NCBI GenBank assembly: GCA_023213395.1
Contig: CM041465.1
Span: 182,411,741-182,475,740, forward strand
Length of the DNA: 64,000 nt
Origin: Cycas panzhihuaensis
Lineage: Eukaryota; Plantae; Cycadophyta
Direction: 5' to 3'
Part shown: positions 50,524-62,825 of the stretch, piece after piece
How the letters are laid out: each line of letters begins with the position of its first letter
Position numbering within the stretch: the stretch's first letter is position 1
Position numbers and translations under genes: made by a program
Notes under the pieces: generated by a model
Databases searched by the model: none
Told to the model about the DNA's origin: nothing
The model's input: only the letters and a program-made list of their open reading frames with translations

Positions 50524-53500
50524 TGCCAATGATCACTAAGTCATCTACATACAAGACAATAAAAATGGCATGGTTCTTTTCATGTTTGATGTATAGGTTA
50601 GGATCTGAAGTAGATCGATGAAACCCATGTCTCAAGAAGTAATCATCGATCTTTGAGTACCATGCTCTTGGAGCTTGTTTCAAGCCATATAATGCCTTTT
50701 TTAGGCGACATACTAAATGCTCCTTGCCTTGTACCTTGTAACGGGGAGGTTGCTCCAAGTATACCTCCTCCTGAAGATCGCCATTAAGAAAGGCGCTCTT
50801 CACGTCCATCTGAAAGACTGGCCATTTGCATTGAGCTACTAAGGCCAAGATGAGTCTAATGGTATTCATATTAGCTACTGGTGCAAAAGTTTCCTCGTAG
50901 TCTATGCCTTCCTTTTGTTTGAATCCTTTTGCCACAAGGTGGGCTTTCTGCCGCTTAAGTGTACCATCAAAATGGAATTTGGTCTTGTAGACCCATTTGC
51001 AACTGATTGCCTATTTGTGTTTAGGCAATTCGACCAAATCCCAAGTACCATTCTTTTCAATAGAATGGATTTTTCAGCCATGGTAGCCTTCCAATTTTCA
51101 TTTTTAGAAGCCTCCTCAAAGGTGGAAGGCTCATTAACACATAGCACTTCAGCCATAAGTGCAAAATTGGTCTGTTGCCTGTATTTTGATGGACGTTTTC
51201 CTTCAATGATGTGGCTGTCCTGTACTGTTTGAGTATACCATTTTGGTAACTTTTGAATTGATGTGACTTGAACCTCAAGATCTTCTTGCCTAAGTGGTTG
51301 ATCAACAGAAGATGTGCTAGGATTAAGTGGAGCTAAATCAGAAGATGTGGACGGTCCAGCAGGTGCAGATGATGTACATGGAGTAGAAGATCGAGAGGGA
51401 AGGAAAGCCTCAACAATCCTTTTGCCTTTGTCAATGGGGAGTTGCATGGATGCTGTTTGCAACTCCTTATGATTGTCTTCAACAAAGATTACATCTCTTG
51501 AGAGATGCTTTTTTTTTTTTCAATGGGATCATACAACTTGTAGGCTTTGCTATGAATGGCATAACCTACAAAGATGCATTTTAGACTATGTTTGTCTAAT
51601 TTTGTTCTTTGTTGGTCAGGGATGTGCATATAAGCAGTGCACCCAAAAGTCCTCAAATGGCTGACAGTTGGCTTTTTGCCAGACCATGCCTCATCAGGTG
51701 TGATATCAATGACTGCTGTAGTTGGACTTTGATTTGCCACATAGGCAGCTGTGTGGAATGTCTCTGCCCAGTAAGCTCGAGTGAGTCCTTTTGCATGCAT
51801 TATTGCTTTGGCTTTATTAGCCAAAGTTCTATTCATTCTTTCGGAGACTCTATTTTGTTGAGGAGTGTGAGGAATAGTAAGCTGCCTCCGAATGCCATTA
51901 TCCTTGCAGAATTGGGTGAATTCATTTGAAGTAAATTCACCTCCATTGTTTGTCCTTAATGTTTTGATAGATTGGTTAGACTGGTTCTCCACTTCAAGCT
52001 TGAATTCTTTGAACTTTGAAAATGCTTCAGACTTGTGCTTAATGAAGTAGACCCAGACTTTATGAGAAAAGTCATCAATGAAGGAGATGTAGTACAAAGT
52101 TCCTCCAAAGGATGCGGTGGACATAGGTCCACACAAATCTGAGTGTACCAGCTACAAAGGATGCGATGCACGCCAAGCTTTGCCTTTAGGGAAAGGCAAG
52201 CGATGTTGTGTCCCCATTATGCATGCTTCACAAAGGCATTTTGTGCCATATATCTTTGGAAGCCCATGTACCATGTTTTTGTTTATCATCTGCCTGAGAT
52301 TGTCTAAGCTCAAATGGCCTAGACGTTGATGCCAAAGTTGCATCTTGGACAAGTGTTAAGTGACAATAGAACCGGAGTAAGTAGAATCGAGTGTTATGTT
52401 ATTAGCATCCAATTTGTAGAGGCCATGATCCTCATATCTAACAGCTACTACTTGGTCATCTTTGTCACTTATTACACATTTCCCATTTTTGAACAAGATG
52501 CTCATCTGTTGCTTGTCCAATTTGCTAACAGATAGCAAGCTCTTCTCCATAGAAGGTATAAAGTAGGCATTGCCATTGGGAAATGAAGAGGAAGGATTAG
52601 AAGAAGAATGAAATGGAGCTATTGTGCCTATGCCAGAAATCTTGACAGATTGATTGTTGCCGAAGGTCACTGATCGACCTTGTCCTTCCTTGATGTCGCA
52701 AAGAAGTTTTTCACTCCCAGTCATGTGTTGTGTAGCTCTAGAATCAATGATCCAAGTTTCATCAACCTTGGATGATTGATAAGCACAAAATAGTTTGTCT
52801 TCATTTGCAAACTGATTGAAGTGGCATTGATTGCCACCTCTAAAATCCCCCCTTCCTCTTTGACCTCCTCGATAGGCACCTCGATTTGGTCGAGGGGCTT
52901 GCTGCTGCTGTTGTTGTTGGAATCTTTGTTGGAATTCTTGGACGTGGCGTTCTTTGTCTCGGATTTTGTTGACGTGGCTGCTGCTGCTGTTATCGTAGGT
53001 CTCCTTACTTCTTCCTACAATCAGGTGCTATATGGCCAACTTTGCCACAATAATGACACACAACATTGGTCTTTGAAGAACCAACGTTCATGCTCCCAAA
53101 CTGTTTTGACAGTGCAGGTTTGGGGTTCTGCTTGGCCTTTTGATTTGGCCGTGAATGCACTTGATGTTGATGGTTCGTCCTCATTATCCTTGGTGTAAAT
53201 TTGTTCTTCTTGAAGCAACAAGCTTTCAAGTTCATTAAATGACATTCTTTTGAGTGAACCCTCTCGTGTAGTAGAAGATATAAAGCCATTGTAGTCCTTT
53301 GGCAAAGCTTTGGTGATTGATGTTATAAGCTCATCTCTAGTTGTTGGACTACCTAGTGTATTCAATTCATTACATACCTCCTTGATGGAGGAAAGAAAAG
53401 CCGACATAGGCTTGACAAACTTTACAGAATACAACTTGGCTTTTACCATCAAAATGCGAGCTTCATCTCGCCTTTCATACAAAGAGGACAAAATGTCCCA

Positions 53501-54934
53501 TACTTCCTTGGAAGTTTTTGCACATATAATATTTTGATCTACATTTACATCAACCATCATATGAAGGAATGCCAAAGCGATTTCATCTTTGGCTTCCCAA
53601 GCAGCAACAAAAGCATCATTAGGTTGAACAGTTACATCACCATTGATAACAGGTACAGGTTGGGGTATCCTTCTAGAAACATAACCCCAAAATTCATTCA
53701 TTATCAAAAGATTCTGAGTGATCCTCTTCCATTCTTGATAGTTATCTTGTCATGTTAATCTAATGGTGCATGCATTAAGTATGTTAATTACAACCATGTT
53801 TCAATTGTAAGGCTTGAAGCTAGTAGATAACTTGGAAACTCAAAGCTTTCGTCACTTAAATTCCACCTTCTAATGAAACCAACAATTCTTATCTTATTAG
53901 AAGATCCAACAACTGAATGGAATGATGAGGGGTGGAGGACTAGGCTATGGAGTTGGTCCAACCCTGATCTATAGAGGAGATCCAACAGTTGGCCAGGTTA
54001 AATTTAGGACAAGGCAGGTAGGGTTGATCTGCATGGACGTACCATGCTTTCCCTATGATTCACAGCCCTAATAACACCCATTTCGAACCTCCGTTCCCTC
54101 AAGCAACCTTAATTGTCGTGCACTGACCATATGGTCGGTTGGTCCCCTAGAGAATGCACAAAGCTTAAAGTTATTTCAGAGGCAAGGTTTGAACCTTTTT
54201 CGGGCCTCTCCAACAAGATTTTTAAAGTCATTTTTTAGAAGGTTAAAGTAAACTTAAGATTTATTTTACTTGGATGATGTACTTATGAAAGTGCTTGATT
54301 AAGCTTACAATGAAAGAAGCTTCAAAAAGAAGCAAGCTAGTACATCAAATGAAAACTTAAAGTGTTGTTTACAATGAGCACTTAATGAAGTGAGAGTGCT
54401 TATGCAAATCCAAGTAAAAAAAGATGCTTAGAATACAATGAGTTTTGCAAGAAAAAGTACTTTGAAAAGATACTAAGTACTCAAAGAAGCAAAGCAAAAC
54501 CTTGTGATGAAAGTACAAGTGGGTTCCTTTTAATACTCAAAAGTGAAGAGAAGAAGACCACTTGCCAAAGAACACCAAGCACCAAGTGTTAGGACTTTAA
54601 AATAGTCCCAACAATCAACAAAAAATGAGTGATTTTATTAAGAAACAAGTCTTCTTGAGCCCTTTTTGAGACTAAGGGAAGTAGGTCATCATGCAAGGTG
54701 CCTTAGAAAAGGTGTTGAAACAATGATGAGGATCACTTTAACATGGTCACAACACTTAAAAATCACTCCTTTCAATGCCTTTTAACACTTGCAAACATGA
54801 AATAAGTGTTAAATAAGGCAAAAAATGCCAAAAAACAAAGGCTGAAATTTAACATTTTTTTTGCAAATTTGAGCAGCAAGAACACCACGCAAGGAGACTT
54901 GATTGAGGACTTAAACCCAGAAATTTTAATATCC

Positions 54935-55023
54935 AAGTGATAAGTCACCCCTAAAGTAAAAAGTACACATATTACATGAACATTAAAGTACATTATCTTA
55001 ACATGTAAACATAAGGTTTAACA
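54935..55023 (-). repeat. 89-bp LTR 5'-end fragment (A/H family) inside the H leader, flanked by a 29-bp direct duplication
   Basis: Matches 56545-56634 and includes the exact LTR terminus. GACTTAAACCCAGAAA(T/A)TTTAATATCCAA occurs at 54908-54936 and 55024-55052. Confidence 0.88.
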
Positions 55024-57051
55024 GACTTAAACCCAGAAAATTTAATATCCAAAGATGAGTGATTGTTTCAGCTTTAATGATTTGATGAAATCACTAAGTG
55101 CAATGAAGATTTTAAACTCCAAAAAACAAAAAAAAAATTGATTTTTTCCTTAGAAGATTTAAGCCAAAAAGTCTTAAATGACTAAAAGGGCTTAAAAAAA
55201 CAAGGGAAAAATAATATTTTTTAATGAGAGGAGTTATTAGAAGAAGCTCGATGAAGTCACTATGATTTTACCAAAAGAAACTGAATTTGTCTTGAAAAAA
55301 GGTGATTACAGCGTGACTTGGGCAGCTTCCGTGGACATGTAAATGATGAGAACAGTGTGTAGAGACCTCTGTTTGTGCTGAAAATTCAAGAGGAGGCGTG
55401 CCCTAGTGGTATCCAACTCCCTCTAAAATCTCAAGGCTTTTCGTCAAGTGTGCAGAGAGCTGCAAGTAATTGAAGTTATGGCTGGTTACACATCCTTGAG
55501 AAAGGAAAATTGGAGCCGTACGGCTGTCTGGGGTTTTAAACTCTCGTATTGATCACTAAAACTCTTCCCTTAAGTCTGCTATAGCTGCATGCAGGGCCAG
55601 TATGTGGACAACCAGCTTGATATGAGAAAAAAAGAGTGAAAAACAGTAGTTTTTGTGCTTTTTGAGTGGGGTTTCAAGGCTGAAAATGCCTAAAATTGAT
55701 CCACAGCCTGCAAGGGGCCTCGAACTTCAAGTAAATTCAGTCTAAGAGCTTCAAATGGCTGGAGAATAGCTCAGCACCCAAATGTGAGAAAAAAATTAGC
55801 TAAAAAACCTAGTTTTGATGAAAACACAAGGAAAAAGTGAGTAAACCAGCTCAAAAACTCAGCTGGTAGTCTGGAAAAAAATTTCAGATCTGAGAAATAT
55901 GCCTTTTCCAGCCTTCAACACTGCTCCACAAAGCTTGATCTGCAGTTGTAAGTCTAAAACATGCCTTAGATCGCCTTCGGAGAGCGAAGGTCATCACCAA
56001 GGGGTAGTAGAACCTACTTTGAATCTCCTTTGAGCAAGAAAAATCGAGGCGAGGGAATTAGTCTCCTCTAGCTCTGATACCAAGTGTGAAAAATGGCCTA
56101 ATGGCCTTACAATCCCAAGATCTAGAAGCTAGGTTCACTCTAGTTCTAGAAAGCAACAAATGCTAAACAAGTATGAAACTCTAAGATGGAACATAAGCAA
56201 GATAAAGTATGAAAAGAAGGAGCAAGAAAATGATCCCAAAGATGAGGGGTTGGAATTGGTCCAACCTCCAAATGAATAACAGTTTGATTAGCAAGCACAA
56301 GATAACAATACAACTCCAACTCTATATGAGAACAATGAGGAGAGGTCTCATTATATAGAGTGAAAGGAGAGACCTAAGGCATTGGATGTTTGACAAGTGT
56401 CAAACATCCAAGGTACATGCCTTGCATGTAGGACATGTGTCCTTTTAGGGCTCTCAAGTGAGCAAAAGTGCATGGGGGTCCATTTGACCCTTTAGTGACA
56501 ATGTTGTGTCACTAGAAAGAATGTGGGTGTGTACTTTATCACTTAAGTGATAAGTCACCCCTAAAGTACAAAAGTACAAATATTACATGAAAAATAAAGT
56601 ACATAATCTTAACATGTAAACATAAGGTTTAACACATATACATGACCCTGTTTGAAGTTGAATTCCCTTAGATTTTAACGATTGAAGTCTTGCAATCATA
56701 AACACTAAGTAGTTGATGGACTTACCAAACAACAACAATCAAGCTTAATCTATTAATCATGGAGGATACCCTATGGAATCCAGTTTATACTATCCTCGAC
56801 ATAGCAAGCACTGAAAAAATGGCCGAGCACCAAGAATAAATACAAAAGGACATCATCAAACCAAATACTTAAGTAGTCCATGAAGCAGTACAAACATTAA
56901 ATACACTCATAAATCACACTTTGCAACAAATGCTAGAAAAAATAACAATCATGGTAGTTGGGCAAAGGAAGGAAATGATTGCGTTAGATTCTATGGATAA
57001 ACAAATCGATTGTCAATCATACAATAAGAACTGATGAATAGGGGGGCAATC

Positions 57052-60000
57052 TATAGCATTCCAACCACCTTGGAATCTGGTCAAATCTATACTATGTGAC
57101 CATTCAAATGGAAGGTCTCTAAACTAGGATTCCAACGGTTTAGACGAAAGTCAATTCTGACATCTATAACAAAAGTTGTGGCCGTTTGAAATTTTCAACC
57201 TGCCAAGTTTTGAGGAAGTTCTGGCCAATTTCTAGTTTTGGTTTTGGGCAAGTTTATACCCCTTTTTTGGCCAACTTCTATTGGTATCTTTTGTCTGCCT
57301 ATTTAAGGAGGACTTGGGGCCTCATTTGGGCATCATCAGAGATGTCTTGGACTGCCATATTTTCAACCCTTCTAGGGAGCTTTGTGGAGGGAACCTTGCC
57401 TCAAAAAGAGATTCATTATCAACAGTACTTGCGGGATCATTTGGTAACATTGAATTTATTCAGTTTATGTTCATTTTGTACCATTTTATATTTGTATGCA
57501 ATAAGTATTTAAGTAGATTTATATTATTACTCTTTTGATTGAATACTTTGCAAGTGTATTGGTGGATATTTTGTCTCTTCTGTACTATATTTATTAGATT
57601 TCTTAGAAAAATTTTGTGAGATTGCTACAAGTGGTATCAAAGCTTCGTTGGAAGCTATCCTGAGGAGAAATTTCATCAGTTTAGCAAGGAAAATTAGGAA
57701 AAAAGAGCAAATTTTGGGTTAGAAAAAGCTTTCACATGGGGGAAAACTAGCCTAAATTTCTCCCTAGGATGGAACTAAGATCATGAAGAACACTTAACAA
57801 AATGGTGAACCAAGCACGATGATACACTCAACAATGAGATAACTCAGATCAACGATACTGTAAATGAGATTAGAAGGGATATTGAGGAACTCACAACTAT
57901 AGTCATGGGGAAACCAAAGGATCTAGGCCCATCTGGCCATCAAAAGTTAGAGGAAAACACAGAAGAAGAAGAGGAAGTAGGGAGAGAAGATAGATTTCAG
58001 GGATGATTCAATCAAGGATTTCGGGAATACAGAGAACAAGGGGATTTCCAGCAGAGGAAGTAGAAGAGCTGGAAGCTAGATTATGGCCTCAGAGGAACAA
58101 AGTTTTCATTAGAGAAATTTGATCTAGACAGATGAAGGGATATCCTAAGTTGGATATTACAGATGGAGACTTACTTCCAGATCTATGATATACCAAATGG
58201 AGAAAAAGTTGTAACCGCCGCACTTCACTTGTGTAGAAAGGCCCTCCAATGGTTTCATTGGTGGAAGAAGGTCCACACAAATATTTCTATTGACCCTTGA
58301 GGTTCCTTAAAAGCAAGATTGATAAATCAATATGAAGAGTTGTGGAACACAGATTACTTCTCCTAGGTAAACGGTTACAGCAATGCATGGATCCGTTCAA
58401 GCATACACAGAACAGTTCCAAGCCCTCCGGTGCTTGGTTACTAATTGAATACCAGCCGAGCTCATCACTGAGACCTGCATTGGGGTACTCAAGGGACCCA
58501 TCAAATACTGCGTAAAGACAATAGGGGCCTCAAACATAAGAGAAGCCATTCGGCATGCAAGGAACATTGAAGCAGAATATAGAGAAGGTAGGCCAAACTA
58601 CGTTCGAAGAAGCGACCCACTAGTCGACCAAAACTCTAATTGGACTAGGTCAGGAACTAAAGCAGATTCCCCACTCACAGGAAGAAATCCAAGTGAAGCA
58701 AGTGGAGTATCAAGAGACGAACACCTTAAGAGAGAAATGTGCTTTAAATGTAGAGGGAAATGGAATAAAGACCATCAATGCTCGTTAAAGAAATTCTTTA
58801 TGATCCAAAATGGCAAAGTAACTACCCTAGGAGAAGATCAAGAAGAAGAAAATATTTTAGAAGAAGACGAGAAGGCCGAAGAAGAGGAGCTTTTGGAGCT
58901 GGACATCGAAAACATGCGAATATCACTACAGGCCATCATGGGATAAAATAACATGCCTCAAACATTACGGTTCCAACGGATGATACAAGGATCATCGATC
59001 GCCATCCTCATCAACAGTGGGAGCACCCACAATTTCATAAATCGACCTACCATGGAGAAATTGGGCATACCCATCAAAGCGCTCAACACTTTCTAGGTTG
59101 CCATCACAAATGAAAAATCCATGACTTGTGGGGGTTGTTGTCCAAAGGTGACCCTTTAGATCAACGATTACTCAGTAACCACCCTCATGTTTGCGATGCT
59201 AGTAGGAGGAGTTGACACCATATTACAGGTACAATGGCTACAAACATTAGCAATGTCCTCACTAATTTTAGAATGTGGGTCATGAGCTTTTGACAAAAGG
59301 GGAAACATTATAGACTGCAAGTACCCTTTACACCCGCAATGCAGTTGGTGACATCCCACCATATGGAGAAGATGTTGAAAAAAATCCCACCGCATATATA
59401 ATGACATGTTACAAGATTGAAGCAGACGACATTCTAATGGAGGTACAGGAAATCATAGATGAATACAACTCAGTGTTGGAGGAATCGCCGTTTGGGCTTC
59501 CCCCTGATCATTGATGCCAACACGCCATTGAGCTAGTATCAGGAGTGGCACCAGTCAACATTCATCCTGACCGCCATCCGTACCCAATTTAAGAGGGAGA
59601 TAGAGAAAATAACCAAAGAGCTCTTACACCAAGGATACATCGCGAACAACACAAGTCCATTTGCATCCCCAGTTACACTTAAGTGGAAAAAGGACGGGAT
59701 CTACTGTATGTGTGTTGACTATAGGGGACTAAACAAGAACACTATCAAGAATCGCTAACTTATCCCAAGAATAGATGACATGTTGGAAGAAATACACAGG
59801 GCAAAATATTTTTCAAAGATCGATCTTCGGTTAGGATACTACCGGATTCACAACAAAACAAAGGACGTGCACAAGACAACCTTTCGCACTCATGAGGGGC
59901 TATTTGAATTCAGAGTTATGCCATTTGGTCTAATGAATACGCCAACAATGTTCCATAGCACCATGAATACCATATTGAAACCCTTCTTATGGAAATTTGT

Positions 60001-62825
60001 GCTAGTTTTCTTTGATGACATTCTAATCTATAGTGCAATGTGGGAGGAACACATAGAACATATCAAGGTTGTTCTCTAGATCTTATAAATCAATCAACTT
60101 TTGCCAACAAGAAGAAATGCACGTTTGGGAAAGAGGAGCTCGAATATCTGGGACACATTATCTCACAAGAGGGGATCAAGATGGATCCCAGGAAGGTCCA
60201 ATCCATCATTAACTGGCCCACTCCCAAGAATGTCATAGGGGTCAAATCTTTCCTAGGTGTAGCAGGGTTTCTTGGGAAGTTCACAAAAGGGTACACTCAT
60301 GTTGTATCATTGCTAACCGATCTCACGAAGAAGGATGCGTTTGCTTGGAACCCCTTAGTAGAAGATGCTTTCCAGGGACTCAAGAAAGCAATGATCACCG
60401 CATCTGTGCTTGCAACTCTAAATTTTTTCCCAACTTTTCACCCTTGAGTGTGATGCATTAGGAACTAGGATAGGAGCAGTCCTCCTCCAAAATGAATGAC
60501 CACTGGCATACGAAAGCCGAAAGTCGAACAACAAGGAGCGACTCAAATCTATCTACTTCAAAGAAATGCTCACAATTATGCACGCTATTCATCAATGGTG
60601 CCAATATTTACTGGGGAATAGATTTGTGGTCAAAAGAGATCATGATAGCCTCAAATACTTCCTTAACTAGAAAAATCTCTTAGATGAACAACAAAAATGG
60701 GTGAGTAAGCTTTAGACATTTGATTTCAGTATTGTATACGAAAAGGGCAACGAGAACGTGATCACTAATGCATTCTCAAGCATACCAAAAGACAATGGTG
60801 AGCAAGATCAAACTGCAGAAATCTCTCTACAAGCAATATCAATGGCCACTCCTAGCTGGACTCATGAACTAGTCCAGGACTACCAGAATGACTCTTTTTT
60901 GGGGAAGATATTGGATGAGATCAAGAACCAAGAGAGTACCAAGTACAATCTACAAGGAGTCTTGATTCTACATAAGGGAAAGATCTTTGTTTCAATATCA
61001 TCAAAAGTAAAAGAGATGCTACTAGAAAAAGCACATTCCGTGCCTAGTGCAGACAAATAGTGCAAGGCACGTGACTCTTTGTTTTGGAGAGGGATGAAAG
61101 TCGACATTCTCAAATTCGTATTGGAATGCAATTCTTATCAAAGGAATAAAAGTGAAAATGTAAAAAGTCCTAGCTTGCTCCAACCTCTACCAATCCCACA
61201 ACAAAATGGGAAGAAATCTCAATGGATTTCATCACAGGCCTACTAAAATCGAGGGCAAGGATGCCATTTTTATGGTTATCGATTGACTAACAAAATATCC
61301 ACATTTTGGGGAATTCAATCAATAGCAAAAGTAAGCTAATTAGCCAAAATTTTCATGAAAGAAATACATCGTCTACATGGGTTCCCTAAAGTTATAGTTA
61401 ATGACTATAACCCAAAGTTTACAAGCCATTTCTGGCAAGATTTATTCCAATTGGGGGGTATGAAACTATCCAATGAGCACAACATACCACCCGCAATAGA
61501 TGGCCAAGCAGTCGTAAACAAGTGCCTAGAAGGGTATCTACGAATTTCACCTCGACAAGCAACAACTATGGCATAAATAGCTCTATTTGGCTAAATAATG
61601 GTACAACACCACTTATCATACAATAACAAGAATGACTTCCTTCCAAAAACTTTATGGGTTCGAGCCACCATACCTCCTTACATGGGCAAAGACGTCATGC
61701 AAGGGGTTCAAGAACAACAGAGCAAATGGATCGAATGCTCTAAAGACAATTTAAACACTGTAAGAAATTGAATGAAGCAACCAATAGATTTACATAGATT
61801 CGAAAGATCCTTTTGAGTTGGTGGACTGGTTTTCTTAAGACTACAACCATACAAGCGATTGATTGTGAGACAAACACGCAAATAGAAGCTAGCACCTAGA
61901 TTTTTGGGCCATATCAAGTTAGTGAGAAGATTGGAGAAGTAGCCTATTGACTAGCCCTACCTCAAGGGAGTCGTATTCATAACGCCTTCCATGTATCATG
62001 CCTCAAGCGGAAGCTTGGTGAGAAAATCACCCTCAAACCCGCATTCCGAGCTAGATGAAAAGGAAAACTTATTCGGAACTCAAAGGGATTCTACAGTCCA
62101 AACAAAAACTACGCTCTAGGGAAATAAGAGAATACCTTGTGAAGTGGAAAACCTTGGATGAAGACGCCACATGGGAATCAGAAGAATGGCATCAAGAACA
62201 TCCAGATTTACCCATGCTTTGAGGGCAAAGCATGTTTTGAAGGGGAGGGACTTGTAGCATTCCAAACACCTTAGAATGGTCAAAACTATACCATTTGACC
62301 ATTCAAGTCGAAGGTCTTTGAACCAGATTCCAACGGTTTAGACGAAAGTCAATTCCAACATCTATGGCAAAAATTATAGCTATTTGAAGTTTTTGGCGGT
62401 CAATTTTTGGGGAAGTTTTGGCCGACTTCCGCTTTGGTTTTAGGTGGGTTTAAACTCCTTTTTTGGCCGACTTCTATTAGTGTCTTTTGGCCGCCTATTT
62501 AAGGAGGATTTGGGGCCTCATTTGGGCATGATCAAAGAAGTCTTGGACTTCCATATTTTGGGCCCTTTTGGGGAGCTTTGTGGAGGGAACCTCGCCTCAG
62601 AGAGGGATTCGTTATCAACAGTACTTGTGGGATCATTTGGCAACATTGTATTTATTCAGTTTATGTTCATTTCATACTATTTTATATTTGTATGAAAGAA
62701 GTATTCATGTAGACTTATATTATTACTCTCTTGATTGAATATTTTGCAAGTGTATTGGTGGATATTTTGTCTATTCTATACTATATTTATTAGATTTCTT
62801 AGAAAAAATTTGTGAGATTGCTACA
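57052..62825 (+). mobile_element. Element K: full-length pseudogenised chromoviral Ty3/Gypsy, related to E
   Basis: Perfect TSD CAATC. LTRs 57052-57629 and 62253-62825. PBS TGGTATCAAAGC 57632-57643; PPT ~62239-62250. RT FFDD ~60010 and chromodomain EYLVKWK..EDATWE ~62130-62180. Confidence 0.95.

Larger units (their letters stand above)
49046..56634 (-). mobile_element. Element H: full-length pseudogenised Copia (A/H family) with a ~2.3-kb leader
   Basis: Perfect TSD CATAT. LTRs 49046-49562 and 56085-56634. PBS 56071-56082; PPT 49563-49572. gag 53021-53790 with knuckle CHYCGKVGHIAPDC, protease WIIDS ~52745, integrase 51489-52136, RT/RNase H 49585-51100. Confidence 0.96.
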
